Source: Eledone cirrhosa (Eukaryota). Taken from it: DNA of 64,000 bases. How positions within the stretch are numbered: position 1 is the stretch's first letter; each line of letters starts with the position of its first letter. Position numbers and translations under genes: made by a program. Positions 13,256-25,020 of the stretch are shown here, in pieces. Below the pieces are notes generated by a model that did no database searches, had not been told where the DNA came from, and saw nothing but the letters and a program-made list of their open reading frames with translations. The stretch covers positions 170,624,001 through 170,688,000 of the forward strand of contig OZ024743.1 in NCBI GenBank assembly GCA_964016885.1, read 5' to 3'.

Positions 13256-15530
13256 GGGTGGCGAAAGGCTTCACACATCCACCTCGGTCCGTCACAGACC
13301 GAATTGTGGTTTTATTACCACGCTGCGCCTCTGCCACGCAGGCCCATTGAACAGCTTTAGTTCCCTCGTTTCTCAGAGCACGCGCCTTAGCTCTGATAAT
13401 GCAATTTTTGTGTTTCACATTGAAGAAATGTTCTAATGCCATTCTTGCTGCTAGCACGTCAATTACAAATAGCCTTGCGTAACTTAGCTACCAGCTCCCC
13501 CTCCTTTCTATTTTTCTCTAATGCTACTTCTTTGCTAAACCCTATCAAAATTACTCTAATTTCTCTTTTGAGAGACCCCACAATCTGTTGTTGATGAGAC
13601 CCCTGTCAACTTTTGCTTAACTAAATTGTTGACCTGGTCCCTGTAAGCCTTACGTGCCAGAAACAACATGTTCAGCTTCCAGTAACCAGGTCCTAACCTA
13701 CACATCTTATCTAGATCGACCATGCAGATCCAAAACTTGTGGTCTAAATAGGCGACCATATGTAATTGTGGACACTCTATACTATCTTTATCTACGAATC
13801 AAATTAGAAATCTATCTAAGTATGATCTAGATGTCCCTAAACGGTTTGTCCAGGTCCACACTGGCGCATTAGGGAAATCTAGTCGGTACCTGTCAGACAG
13901 TTGGAACTGGCTGATCAGGTACTTGAGGCTTTTGCACCTCCCACTCCTATCGGCTACTCCCACACAATCCCAGTGTGCGTCTAAGATGCCATTCCAGTCC
14001 CCTGCTAACAGTTACTTCATGTTACAAAGGCCATGAGTTGTTTGTTGGCCCTCCTTAGTAACACGAAGTTGTTGGTTTCTGCATGTGTTTTCTTTTGTTT
14101 GGGATGACTTGCACTTGTGTTGTTGATGGTTGTGGAGTTGGTGTTGTTGTGGGTGTGTTTTATGTCCTTGTTGGTGTGGAGCTGGATTTGTCTTTTGCTT
14201 TTTTGCGTTTTAGATTTTTGGAGTTCCCCCTTATCTTCACTCGGAGAAGTGGAGGAACTGGTGTCTGGGGACTCTGTGTCAGAGGGGAGTGGGAGAGTGT
14301 TTACGGGTGAGTGCATTTTGCTCTGTATATGTTTGAAAGAGGGGGAGGCGGAGCTTGTTTGAGCGACAACCTGGGTGGATTTAATTGTCCTTGTTGTTAA
14401 TGGTGCTGTTTCATTTTCTGTTGTTGTTGGTGTTGTCCTTCCTGACACAGGTGTTCGCAGCAATGGAGGTTTGCAGCTCTCTGCAGTTTTCAATTGGGGG
14501 CAAAAGGCTCTCAGGTGTGTGGCTTCACCCACACGAAACAATGTGTCCATTTGCCCTCCGTGACTACCTGGATTTCATACCCGTCCGGTAGTTTGATGTG
14601 GTCTGGAATGTTTTTTTATGTCTTCAGGTCTGATTTGGAGAAGAATCTCCAAACCAATCCTGGACCACTTCTCTCTCTTTGTAAATTTAACATCGAGGAG
14701 GGTGTCAGGGCCCTCTACCACCACGCATCCCAGGAGCCACCGTAAATCCAGTCCTGGTGGAATCCTGGGAACATGGACCTTTCCTGTTTTCCTTCCCATG
14801 TAGGACGAATACAAAATTATTTGGTCCATTTACAGGGGACCACAGAATGTGTTATAGCAAGGGCCTCAGTTTTGAAAAAGATGCCTCCAAATTGTCTGGC
14901 CCTTGTTATATGGTCTATGTCGTCATTATCGATGCATTTTAGTGCTGCTTCTACCTGCCCTTCAGAGTCATTCTCCACTTTTCAAGATTTCACTGAAATG
15001 CAGCAATATTTCAAAGTTCTCCTCTCCTTTGCTGCCATTAATTGGGCCAAACCTTCTTTTTTGTCCATTAAATCGAAATCATACAGCGTTTGGGTTTTTG
15101 CTACTGTGGCTGCGAAAGTATTCTTTTTGTTGATGCTGTTGTTGTTGCTGTTTTGCTGTTTTTCATTGTTTATATTATTGTTGGTGTTGTCGTCGTTCTT
15201 GTTGTTGTTGATGGTGTTGTCGTTGTTGTTGGTGTTGCCTTTGTTGTTGTTGTCATTCTTGTTACTGTTATTGCTGTTATCGCTGCTGCAGTTGGTTATA
15301 TCTTTGGTGCCATTGTTGTTGTTCTTGGTGTAGTTGGTATTGTTGCTGTAGTTGTTCATGTTGTTTGTGGTGGTGTAGCTAAATGTGTTTGTAGTATAAA
15401 TTAATGTGTTTGCCGTTTCCCTCCTCTCAATGTTTAGGTCACTGTCACACAACAGCAGTCATATGTTGGGAGGGGCGTGGCTCAGCATGTTTTTTATTCA
15501 AGAATTTTTTTTTTACAAAATTCAAATATT
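13256..15530 (-). mobile_element. Tx1/L1-like LINE 5' part (ORF1 with Asn-rich tract and zinc knuckle, plus APE remnant)
   Basis: Minus-strand N-rich ORF (14982-15452), a frameshifted CFVCGEATHLRAFCP knuckle (CX2CX4HX4C) at about 14495-14545, and APE motifs DHKF/PGYWKLN at 13560-13760. Confidence 0.75.
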
Positions 15531-15699
15531 TGGGCCAAAAGCCCCAAATATTATACAGTCACCCCTTCACAGGGCCAAGACAGAAGTCTTATGACCCTTT
15601 TCAAAGAATGCAACAATTATTATAAATGAAAATAAACACAATTTACCACTTTTGCAGAGCTCCAAAAAGATGTCTACAGCCAATAATAATAATTATAAT

Positions 15700-16574
15700 G
15701 GTTTCTTTATTGGCCACAAGGGCTAACATGAAGAAAAACATTACAGACGGCACAGAAAGGTTCAGGACGATACAAAGTGGGTTTTGAAATATCAAAAAAA
15801 TTCAAACAACAAAAAATTCCCCAATAGGGGAAAACTTCCAAGGGTCACTCGTGGCAAAAACCACACAAAAAACCACGGTCACCCTGACCACCAGGGCAAG
15901 CTCCCTCTCTCAATTTTCCCACTCTTCAGTCTACAGGCGCATACCCAGTGTTCACTCAGACCAGACTCGCCACTTTCACCCACCTTTCAACAAACTTACT
16001 AGAAGACAGCACTTGCCTCTCCATCCTGATTTTCCTCTTCAAATGAAACTTGAAAAAGTTAATCAGGGATTGGCCGAAGAGGAAAGTGTCCGTCTTCAAC
16101 CCTTTCAACCTTGTCCACCACACAATCTATTTCACCATGGCCACCAGGCAGATGAAAACTGCCTGCCCTTCCTCCTCTTTAAAGGAGGATGGCGGGGCTA
16201 TCTGCACAATGGACTCAGTCGATAACCGGATCCGTCCTACACGCGACAGCAGCAGTTTGGCATAGCTCCACAAGTGAGCAATCCTCGGGCACTGAACGAA
16301 TGCGTGCAGCACGGTTCCGTCGCCCTGCGCGCATCTCGAACAGGCTCGGTTGACAGCACCTCCGTGCCTGTAGAGCTTATCCCGAACCGGCAACGCTCCC
16401 CGGTAGCACTGCCAGGCCAGGGATTTCTGGAAGTTGTCCATAGGTCTCCGGTCTGAAAGTTCTCTTGAAGAGAGCAAACAGCTCATCGTCTTCGACGTCC
16501 AGGGTCTCCCCGAGAACGACGTCGCTCTTTCCCTTCACTAGCTCTCTATAGAACGCCGAGGTGGATGTTCCACC
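15700..16574 (-). mobile_element. Tx1/L1-like LINE 3' fragment
   Basis: FQKSLAWQCYRGALPVRDKL...CSRCAQGDGTVLHAFVQCP...VFICLVAMVK. The 3' end gtggccaataaagaaa lies in (TAA)n. Confidence 0.82.
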
Positions 16575-16596
16575 GATAATAATAATTATAATAATC

Positions 16597-16915
16597 AAAA
16601 TCAGGAAACTTTTTACCTCTAATAGAATACATCATCCAAAAGGAATATCAAATTTGTGACATGTGTAGTAGATCTAGAGAGGCTCCATGGGCAAGGACCC
16701 GGTTACTGGAAGCTAAATGTCTCATTCCCAATGCGCAAAGCCTACAGAGACCGGATTAGTGAATTAGTTAAGCGGGTGTTGACAGGGGTAATCGACAACA
16801 ACAAGTGGTAGTATGCCCTAAAAGTGGCAAGTAAAAAGTAGAATGAATAAGATTTAGCAATAGAGAAAAACTAGAGTAGAGCGGGAACTAGTGAAAAACC
16901 CAGAAGAGGCAATTA
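16597..16915 (+). mobile_element. Short R4/Dong-like piece fused to a Tx1-like APE fragment
   Basis: KIRKLFTSNRIHHPK (16597-16643) followed by KFVTCVVDLERLHGQGPGYWKLN. Confidence 0.65.
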
Positions 16916-18019
16916 ACAAATGGAAAAGGATCATCCTTTTCCATTTTTTAGAGGGTTTTAAACCCCAGTCAGGCTAAAATATGGTGAACACTTCTATTTC
17001 TACATTATCAACCCATAGTGCGTTAATAACTTCAGGGAAAAACAAAAAAGGAAAACGGAAGTAGTAAGGGAGCAGAGAAAGAGAGGGAGAATACGTGAAA
17101 GGGAGAGAAAGAAAGGAGGAAGGAAAAGAGTTAATCGAAATGGTAGTACTGAAGCCCAAGACCAGGACAACAACAACAAGCTCCCTTACTACTTCCGTTT
17201 TCCTTCGTCTCTCCCTCTTTACACCTGTGTTCACTAAGATCAGACGTGTTTCTCTCCGCTCTCTCTCATGCTGTTAATAAGGTCTCAGGGCTAACACCCA
17301 GCCACCTTTTTAACTTCTTCCTCTCTTCCCTTGGTTACTGCTATATACATGTACTACTGTCTCGTGTTTCCCCCTCTCTATCAGTATGTTTTCCTTTTTT
17401 CTTCCGTTTATTCTCTTTCTCTTCGCTATCGTCTCTTTTTTGTCTTTTCCTTCACTAATAATTGCCTGAAGTTATTAGCACTGTGGATAGATGTATTGTC
17501 TTTAATGCGTTGAAACAACCGAGATCCAACTGAAGAGGGGAATTGTCTTATGTTTGTGTTTCCCTTACATTTCTAAACACTCTTTATTAGTAACCACACA
17601 ACACCTTGTCCCTTTTAATTCTCATATATATATATAAACACATATACACGCATGTATATAAATATGTATGTATGTGTGTGCATTTAATATCTCTCATATT
17701 TTATATTCTTTATCATATGAATGTAATGGTTATGAGTAGGGTATTGTACTGTAGTACTGTATAGATGTCACTTTAAACACCATAAAGTGTTTCGTGTGGA
17801 AAAGGGGGAAGTGACTGGCCTTGTTAAGTAGATCATCTATGAGTAGAAAGTAGGGGTTGGAGGGTGTGAATGCAATAGGTACATATCTAGTGATGTAATT
17901 GATATAGAGAGTAAAATTGGTAGCTCATCATATATGTGTGTGTTTGCCTGGATGTGTCTGTGCTCAGATATACAAAAGGGGTTGGTAGAAACTCTCATGA
18001 TGTAAAACATGAGTACACA

Positions 18020-18690
18020 AGAAGCGTAGAGTGATTGTAGGCAGACTAAGAGAAAAGGTGGGAAACACACAGGGGCAGTTAATTATAAGAGCCCAATGAA
18101 GTAATATTCTTTCAATCATAGGAAGGCATTATAGAAGTAGTTTGATAGGTTCTGTTACCTGGGTGACCTCATTAGCATTAGAGAAGGTTTCTCTAAAAGC
18201 ATAGCAGCTACAATAAGAACAGGGTGGAATACGTTCATGGAGTTGCTACCTCTGTAGTAACAAAACGTTTATCCCTAGAAACAAAAGGCCAGGAGTGAAA
18301 CATGGGCAGCGAAAGCAGGAGATATGCAAAGGCTGGAGAAAAATAAAGCAAACATGCTTTAATGGATGTGTTATGTCAATGTGCATGAACGGTGAAACAT
18401 GGATGAGCTGAGATAAGAACTTGGTAAAAGAGGAATCAGTGTAGTGTACAAGAGAGAAAACTACACTGGTATGGACATATGATACATATAATTATGATCG
18501 TTAGGTGAAAAAATGCTAAACGTTCACAGAGAAAGGGAGCTACAGTAGAGGAAGATTTGGACAGAGGTGGCAAGAGGAGATATCAAAATGCTGAACTTCA
18601 CTGAGGAGATAATGGAGGGATGCTGTGCTGGAAAAGACTCATCCAACCCATGGAAAAATGGATATAAAATGCATAGTGATGATGATGTAT
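18020..18690 (+). mobile_element. Old RTE LINE 3' fragment
   Basis: Degenerate IEVVDRFCYLGD / WYGH / (GAT)n tail. Confidence 0.7.
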
Positions 18691-19229
18691 GTGTTTATGT
18701 TGACACTACTTGTTTATGTTCTGCAGCTTAACAGTTCAACAGGTGATAATCAGTAGAATAAGAACCATACTTAAAAATTATTCAAAACTAGTGTCAAAGG
18801 TATATCCAATTATAGAATCCAACATGGAAAAGCAGGCATAAAAATAATTATGATGATGATGATGTGTGCCAGCAATCTTCATCTTTATTTACACCACCTT
18901 CCTAGCAGTTGGGTTTCATAAGCTAAAAACTCACAGTTTGTTATGGGTGTCTGCCTAAAGACTTTCTTGGTGGTTCCAAACCAATTGTTATCGATGTTTC
19001 GCTCCAGATCAATCCTGATTTAGCAGACCTATGGTCAAATGCATTCCTGCCAAGACCACCCTATATTTTAGTAATATCTAAGACAAAATGATCAAATGGG
19101 TCCTTTCTATTTTAAAGTAGGGTATGATTTGAGGGTGATTTGGCTATTATTTCTAGCAGGTTGAGCGACCTGTTATTGGTCATTGAGACTGGGCAAGGAA
19201 TAAAGAATAAATTTTAAAATTTGTCTCAT

Positions 19230-19630
19230 GCCCAAAGGCTTATCAGGCTCGAGCCTATCTCTGTTTCATAAAGTACACGACTCCACCCTTGACAAAACAG
19301 ATTTCAATCCATCACAAGGTTAAGCTCCAACTGTTGCTGGTACTCATTTGTCAGATGATTGAACTGAAACAACAAGAAATGAAGTGCCTTACACATGGAC
19401 ACAACCAAGGCTTTCTTAAGGCATGGTCACAATGGAGAGTTGACTGGGGTGGGGGTGGCACCAGGTGTAGGCGGCCCCATGCTGATCTGTGTATCTAGGG
19501 GCTCCAGTGCATTGCTTTGCACAGAGACCTTATTGTACTGTAATATGGCTCTGGCTCTAGCTAGACACCACATTCCACCCAGTCTTGGAATCAAACCCAA
19601 GACTTTATGATCATGAGCTCAACACCTTAA
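19230..19630 (-). mobile_element. Decayed tRNA-derived SINE
   Basis: gaaatgaagtgcctt...ggaatcaaaccc...ccttaactactaggc is the reverse complement of a tRNA-like head and SINE body. Confidence 0.55.
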
Positions 19631-20129
19631 CTACTAGGCTGCATATCTTCATGGGTGGGGAATATTAATATTATTTTTACCTGATGAGAAGGAAAGCATT
19701 CTGACTTTGGAGATATTTCACCAGAAAGAGAACAGTTAAACATTAAACTTCAATGGTTACTGTAAAAGCCACATTTAGACTGTGCCAACTTGACTAAATA
19801 AAATACTGTACATAGTAACACTAGTATTTTAATACTACTAATAATATTAATTACAAAATTTTATATATATATATACATATGTTCATATTTATATCTCCAA
19901 ATTTGTGTTAAATTTGTATGTATAATGGCTTATACAATTGTGAAAACTTCGTAAAGAGATTTGTATATGTATGTGACTTATAAACTGTGTTGAAAAATGT
20001 GTGTTAAAATATGTGACTTATAAACTGTGTTGAAAAATTTGTGTTAAAATTGTATGCATAAGCCATTATGGTTCTCACTTAAAACCCACCTGCCCCACCT
20101 CCACCACATTTGATATACATGCCTGATGC

Positions 20130-23100
20130 TGTATACTAACCACTCCCTCGTGAATATATCATAGAACAGACAAGGGGCAGATGGAGGCTCCATAAGCTGT
20201 AATGTAGGCAACCCGCCTAGGAGAGCTACCGTTCCGAATAAATTGCTGTGGGGTAGAGAAGTCCTCTAAGTGCAGTAAGACAACTTCTCTAGTGCTGGTG
20301 ACTCGAATAAAAGCACCCAGTCCATGCTGTAAAAAATGGAGGAATAGAGAGAGTCCAGTAAGACATCCTTTCTAGTGCTGGTGGCATGAATAAAAGCACC
20401 CAGTCCATGCTGTAAAGTGGTGCGGGTGTTAGGAAGGGCATCCAATCAGTATATATACTACTGCCAAAAACTATGAGCACAACAAATGAGAATTGGAACA
20501 ACTGCGTCAACAGCAATAACACTAACCATGTTAGGGCTGTGCACGGTAGTGGGATGGCTGGTGAGGCCATGTGCAAGAACCCCCCAACCGTCATCAAGCA
20601 ATCGCTCTACAGGAAAAAGAACAAGAATATGAAGACGTCGCATCTCAGTTGCAACACTTAATGTTGGCACTCTCACAGGTAGATCTAGTGAAATAGTGGA
20701 GATGCTGGAGAGAAGGCATGTGGATGTGTGCTGCATGCAAGAGGTGAGATGGAGAGGTGCCACTGCGAGACTAATCACAGGCAAACATCTTAGTTATAAG
20801 CTTTTCTGGGTGGGTTAGGTGGAGTAGGCATTTTTCCTGGCTGAGAGATGGATCGATAAGACAATAGAGGTAGTTCGAGTTAGTAATAAAATAATTAAGC
20901 TTAGATTAGTTGTAGGCAAGAGACTACTGACAATCATCTCTACCTATGTTCCCCAGGCAGAAGAGAAAAACTACTTTTACGAGCAACTTTTACAAACAGC
21001 CGCAATGACAGAGGACGGAGACATTGTTATGCTAGCAGGGGACTTCAATGGTCATGTTGGACAGCTCCAGGATGGTTAAATGGGGGTACATGGTGGGCAC
21101 GGTTACAGCTCAAGAAATGAAAAAGGAGTGAGACTTCTTGAATTTTGTGATGCAAGTGCACTAACCATTTGCAACACTAACTTCCAGAAACCTGCCAACC
21201 ACCTAATAACCTACAAATCTGGCGAGCACATAAGCCAGATTGACTTCTTACTAGTTGGGCAGTGGGACAGACAGATGGTGTCAAATACCAAGGCAGGTAT
21301 ATACCGGGGAAGAATGTACCCCACAGCATAGGTTAGTCATTAGTGATATCTCAGTAAGCAAGAGACGGAATGAGACACACAGGAAAGTGTGGAGAATTTG
21401 TATTTTAGTGAAAGCTCTTTTAGCTTCCAGACCTTTCACTAAAATACAAATTTAGAAAAGCCCTTCAAGATGTGTACGACGAAAAAGAAGACGATTTAGA
21501 GTCGTATGACATAGATGATAACCAGAATTTCTTATGTTGGCTACTGAAGAAGCTTGTGGCTGGAGCAGAGCTCCAACAGACAGAGAGTGACCTGGTGGTG
21601 GAACAATAAGGTAGATAGGGCCATTAGAGACAAAAGACTAGCATGGAATGCTTGAGAAAATGGTGGGAGTAGAGAAGGATATACAGCCGCTAAGAGAGAA
21701 GCTAGATGTCAGGTGTACTTAGCATGCAAGGAGGCTGACAGTAGGAGGTTTGCCAATGTTCTGCAAGGGGAAGATCAGAGACGTGCGGTGTTCCGCATTG
21801 CAAGGCAGTGTGTCAGTGCAAATCAGGATGTTGTTGGAGATAAGTGTGTCCGTAATGATGCCAGTGTACTTAGTGTCATGAATAATCAGAAAAAGGAGAC
21901 CTGGAAATGTCATTATGAGAGACTGACGAATGTGGGGAACGAATGGGAGAGAGAGAAATTACCCCCAGTAGATCCGACAGAGGGACCGGCTATTGAGATT
22001 TACGAATATAGGGTCCAAGAGGCGATTAAGGAAATGAAAAATGGTAAGGCCGCTGGACCGCCGGGGATAGTTGCTGAGATGCTGAAGGCATCAGGGTTGC
22101 ACGCATCATCAATCAGGCTATATATGGCGGTGTCATACCCAAAGACTGGTGCAGCAGTATTCACATAAATTGCTACAAAGGTAAAGGGGATGCTCTGGAG
22201 AGGAGAAATTATAGGGGCATAAAACTGAAAGTGGCAGAAAGGATATTAGCGCAACTAATTAGAGAAAGCGTCAAACTAGATGAGATGCAGTTTGGTTTTG
22301 TGCCTGGGTAAAGTACAACAGATGCCCTCTTCTTAGTGAGACAACTACAAGAGAGGTTCTTAGAGAAGAATAAGCAACTATATTTAGCTTTTGTTGACCT
22401 AGAGAAGGCCTTTGATAGGGTACCCCGATCTGTCATCTGGTGGTCCCTTAGGAAACTAGGTGTTGAGGAATGGCTTGTGAGGACAGTGCAAGCTTTGTAC
22501 AGAGGTGCTGTCAGTAAAGTGAGGGTAGGAATGGAGTTTAGTGAGGAATTCCAGATACAAGTCGGAGTACATCAGGGTTTGGTCCTCAGCCCGCTCTTGT
22601 TCATTATAGTCCTCCAAGCCAAAACAGAGGAGTTTAAGACTGGCTGTCCATAGGAACTTCTGTATGCTGACGACCTGGTTCTTATAGCAGAATCAGTAGA
22701 GGAGCTAGAGAATAAATTCTGGCTATGGAAACAGCAGTTGGAATTATGAGGACTGAGAGTGAACCTAGCTAAGACAAAAGTGTTGATAAGTAGAAAAGAG
22801 GACAAAACTCTTATTCCGTCAGGGAAATGGCCATGTTCGATATGCAGAAAAGGAACTGGCATAAATTCTATAGAATGTACACAATTCAGATCTTAGGTAC
22901 ACAACAGATGTAGTGGGATAGCAGGCAAACTAACAGGTAGGGAGAAATACGTATGCAGTAGATGTACAGGGAAATTTGACAGTAGAAGTCGCATTGATAG
23001 ACACATTTTTCAAATGCAGGTGGGTGCTATAGAAGTGGTTGATAGCTTCTGGTACCAAGGTGATCAGATTAGCATGGGAGGGGGGTATTCTGAGGCCATA

Positions 23101-23655
23101 GTATCTAGAATAAGGATGGGCTGGAAGAAGTTTAGGGAGCTGCTCCCTCTGCTGACGAAGAAGGGTTTCTCCCTGCGTATGAAAGGCCGGTTATATGATG
23201 CCTGTGAGGTGCGTGATGCTGCATGGTAGTGAGACTTGGGCAGCAACTGCAGAGGATATGTGACGGCTGGAGAGAAATGAGGCAAGCATGCTCCGTTGGA
23301 TGTGCAATGTCAATGTGTGTGAACAACCGAGCATGGATGTGTTGAGAGAGAAACTGGGTCTGAGAGGGATAGAATGTAGTGTGTGGGAGAGGAGACTGTG
23401 ATGGTATGGACATATGATGCGCATGGAGGATGACCGATGAGTGAAGAAGTGCCAAGAAATCCTAGTTGAAGGAAGACGTAGTAGAGGAAGACCACAAAAA
23501 ACATGGGCGGAGATGGTGAGAGCAGACCTGAGATCGCTGAAGCTCACGGTGGAGATGACGAAGGACCGTGACAAGTGGAGAGATGCTGTGCTGAATAGGA
23601 CCCATCCCACCCTTGCAAGCAGGGAAAAGCGGACGTAAAATGATGATGATGATGA
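20130..23655 (+). mobile_element. Near-full-length decayed RTE LINE (family B)
   Basis: 5' motif taggcaacccgcctaggaga, APE (TLNVGTL, QEVRW, GDFNGHVG, SQIDF), RT (FVDLEKAFDRVPR, GVHQG..LSPLLF, LYADDL), C-terminal GRPQKTW, then tail cccacccttgcaagcagggaaaagcggacgtaaaa(tga)n. Stops and frameshifts throughout. Confidence 0.92.
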
Positions 23656-24029
23656 GATATATATATATATATATACTCCCGCACATAAATAATGCATATA
23701 TGTACAAACATACATATATGTGTGTGTATGTTTGTATACACACATGGGTGTGTGTATTTGTGTGTATATACATATATCGATACTTATCTCTACATACATG
23801 TGTAATATATATAATCAGTTTTGCACCAGTGATTAAGATAAATCCTACCTGTTTTAAACAAATTTCCTGTTGCACCTTAACACACATCTTCTCAAGTGGA
23901 GCATTCATGACATCAATATCCTATTCTCCCATCCCAGTCACTAGTAGTGGTCCTCGTGAGGAGCTGGGTTTCGTTTGGTTATTTTTATTTTCTAATTTAT
24001 GGTCTTTCATTGGTACAGATAATATAATA

Positions 24030-25020
24030 TAATGAAATTATTGTGTAAATTATTGTGTAAATTATTGTGTAAATTATTGTGCTCAGGTGCACTACAACTC
24101 GTCAATATAGTACATAGAATAATACACAAATGTCAGGGAAGTACATGTGTGTATGTGTTAGCTGTAGTGTTGGCGGATCTCGGGAAGCATGGAGGCCTTA
24201 AAGGATGCAGTGTCTCGACAGCTAACAACTGATGCAGGTAGTTTGTTCCATGCTTCAGCAACTCTGAGCGTGAAAAAATGTTTCCGAAAGTCATGGGAAC
24301 TGTGCTGTTTTCTTACTTTGTGGGCATGTCCACGTGTGTTAGACACATGGAAATCGAAAAGGTACTCAGGGTTGTTGTTGGCAACATGGTTAACAATTTT
24401 ATGGGTGTTTACCAAGTCAGTTGCCAGGCGTCGGAGCTTCAATGAATCCATGCCCAGGGAAGCAAGGCGCTCAGAGTATGGTAGATGCCTGATGGAGGGT
24501 ATTCGCTTGGTTGCACGTCTCTGAACAGTTTCCAGGTGGTCAATGTCCTGAGCAAGATAGGGGTTCCAGACTGGTGATGCAAATTCTAAGTGTGGTCGCA
24601 CCATAGCTGTATACAGCCTTAAATATATATCTGGAGAGCAAGGTCTTGCTGAGTGATGCTAAGGCACCCTCGGCCCTCTTGACAATTTTAGAGACGTGCC
24701 TCGTCCAACGCAAATCGCTGCTGACTGTAATGCCCAGGTCATGTTCACAGGAAGACTTCTTGATATTAGTGCTGTGGAGGGAGTATGTGGACGCTGGGTT
24801 TTTACTCCCAAAATGCATGGTGGTGCACTTGTCCACAGCTAGCTTGAGTTGCCAGTCTGAGATACATTGTTGCATTGTGTCCAGGTCAGACTGCAAGCAA
24901 GATCTATAGTGTTCAGGATCTGTCCTTTTTATCTCAAGGTACAGCTTGATGTTGTCTGCGTACTTTAGTACTGTGGCAATCCTTAAGTTAGCATCTATGT
25001 CATTAATATATGCCACAAAC
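24030..25020 (-). mobile_element. CR1 LINE 3' fragment
   Basis: FVAYINDI...KYADNIKLY...VRPHLEFASPVWNPY...TRGH...FFTLRVAEAWNKLP. 12-bp tandem tail at 24035-24080. Confidence 0.9.

Noticed and set aside
14773-15404. Leu/Val-rich 'membrane protein' ORFs on the + strand
   Set aside because: They are antisense readings of the (AAC)n tract in the Tx1-like ORF1.
20130-23655. Active autonomous RTE
   Set aside because: It has multiple in-frame stops and frameshifts. No element in the window has an intact ORF.
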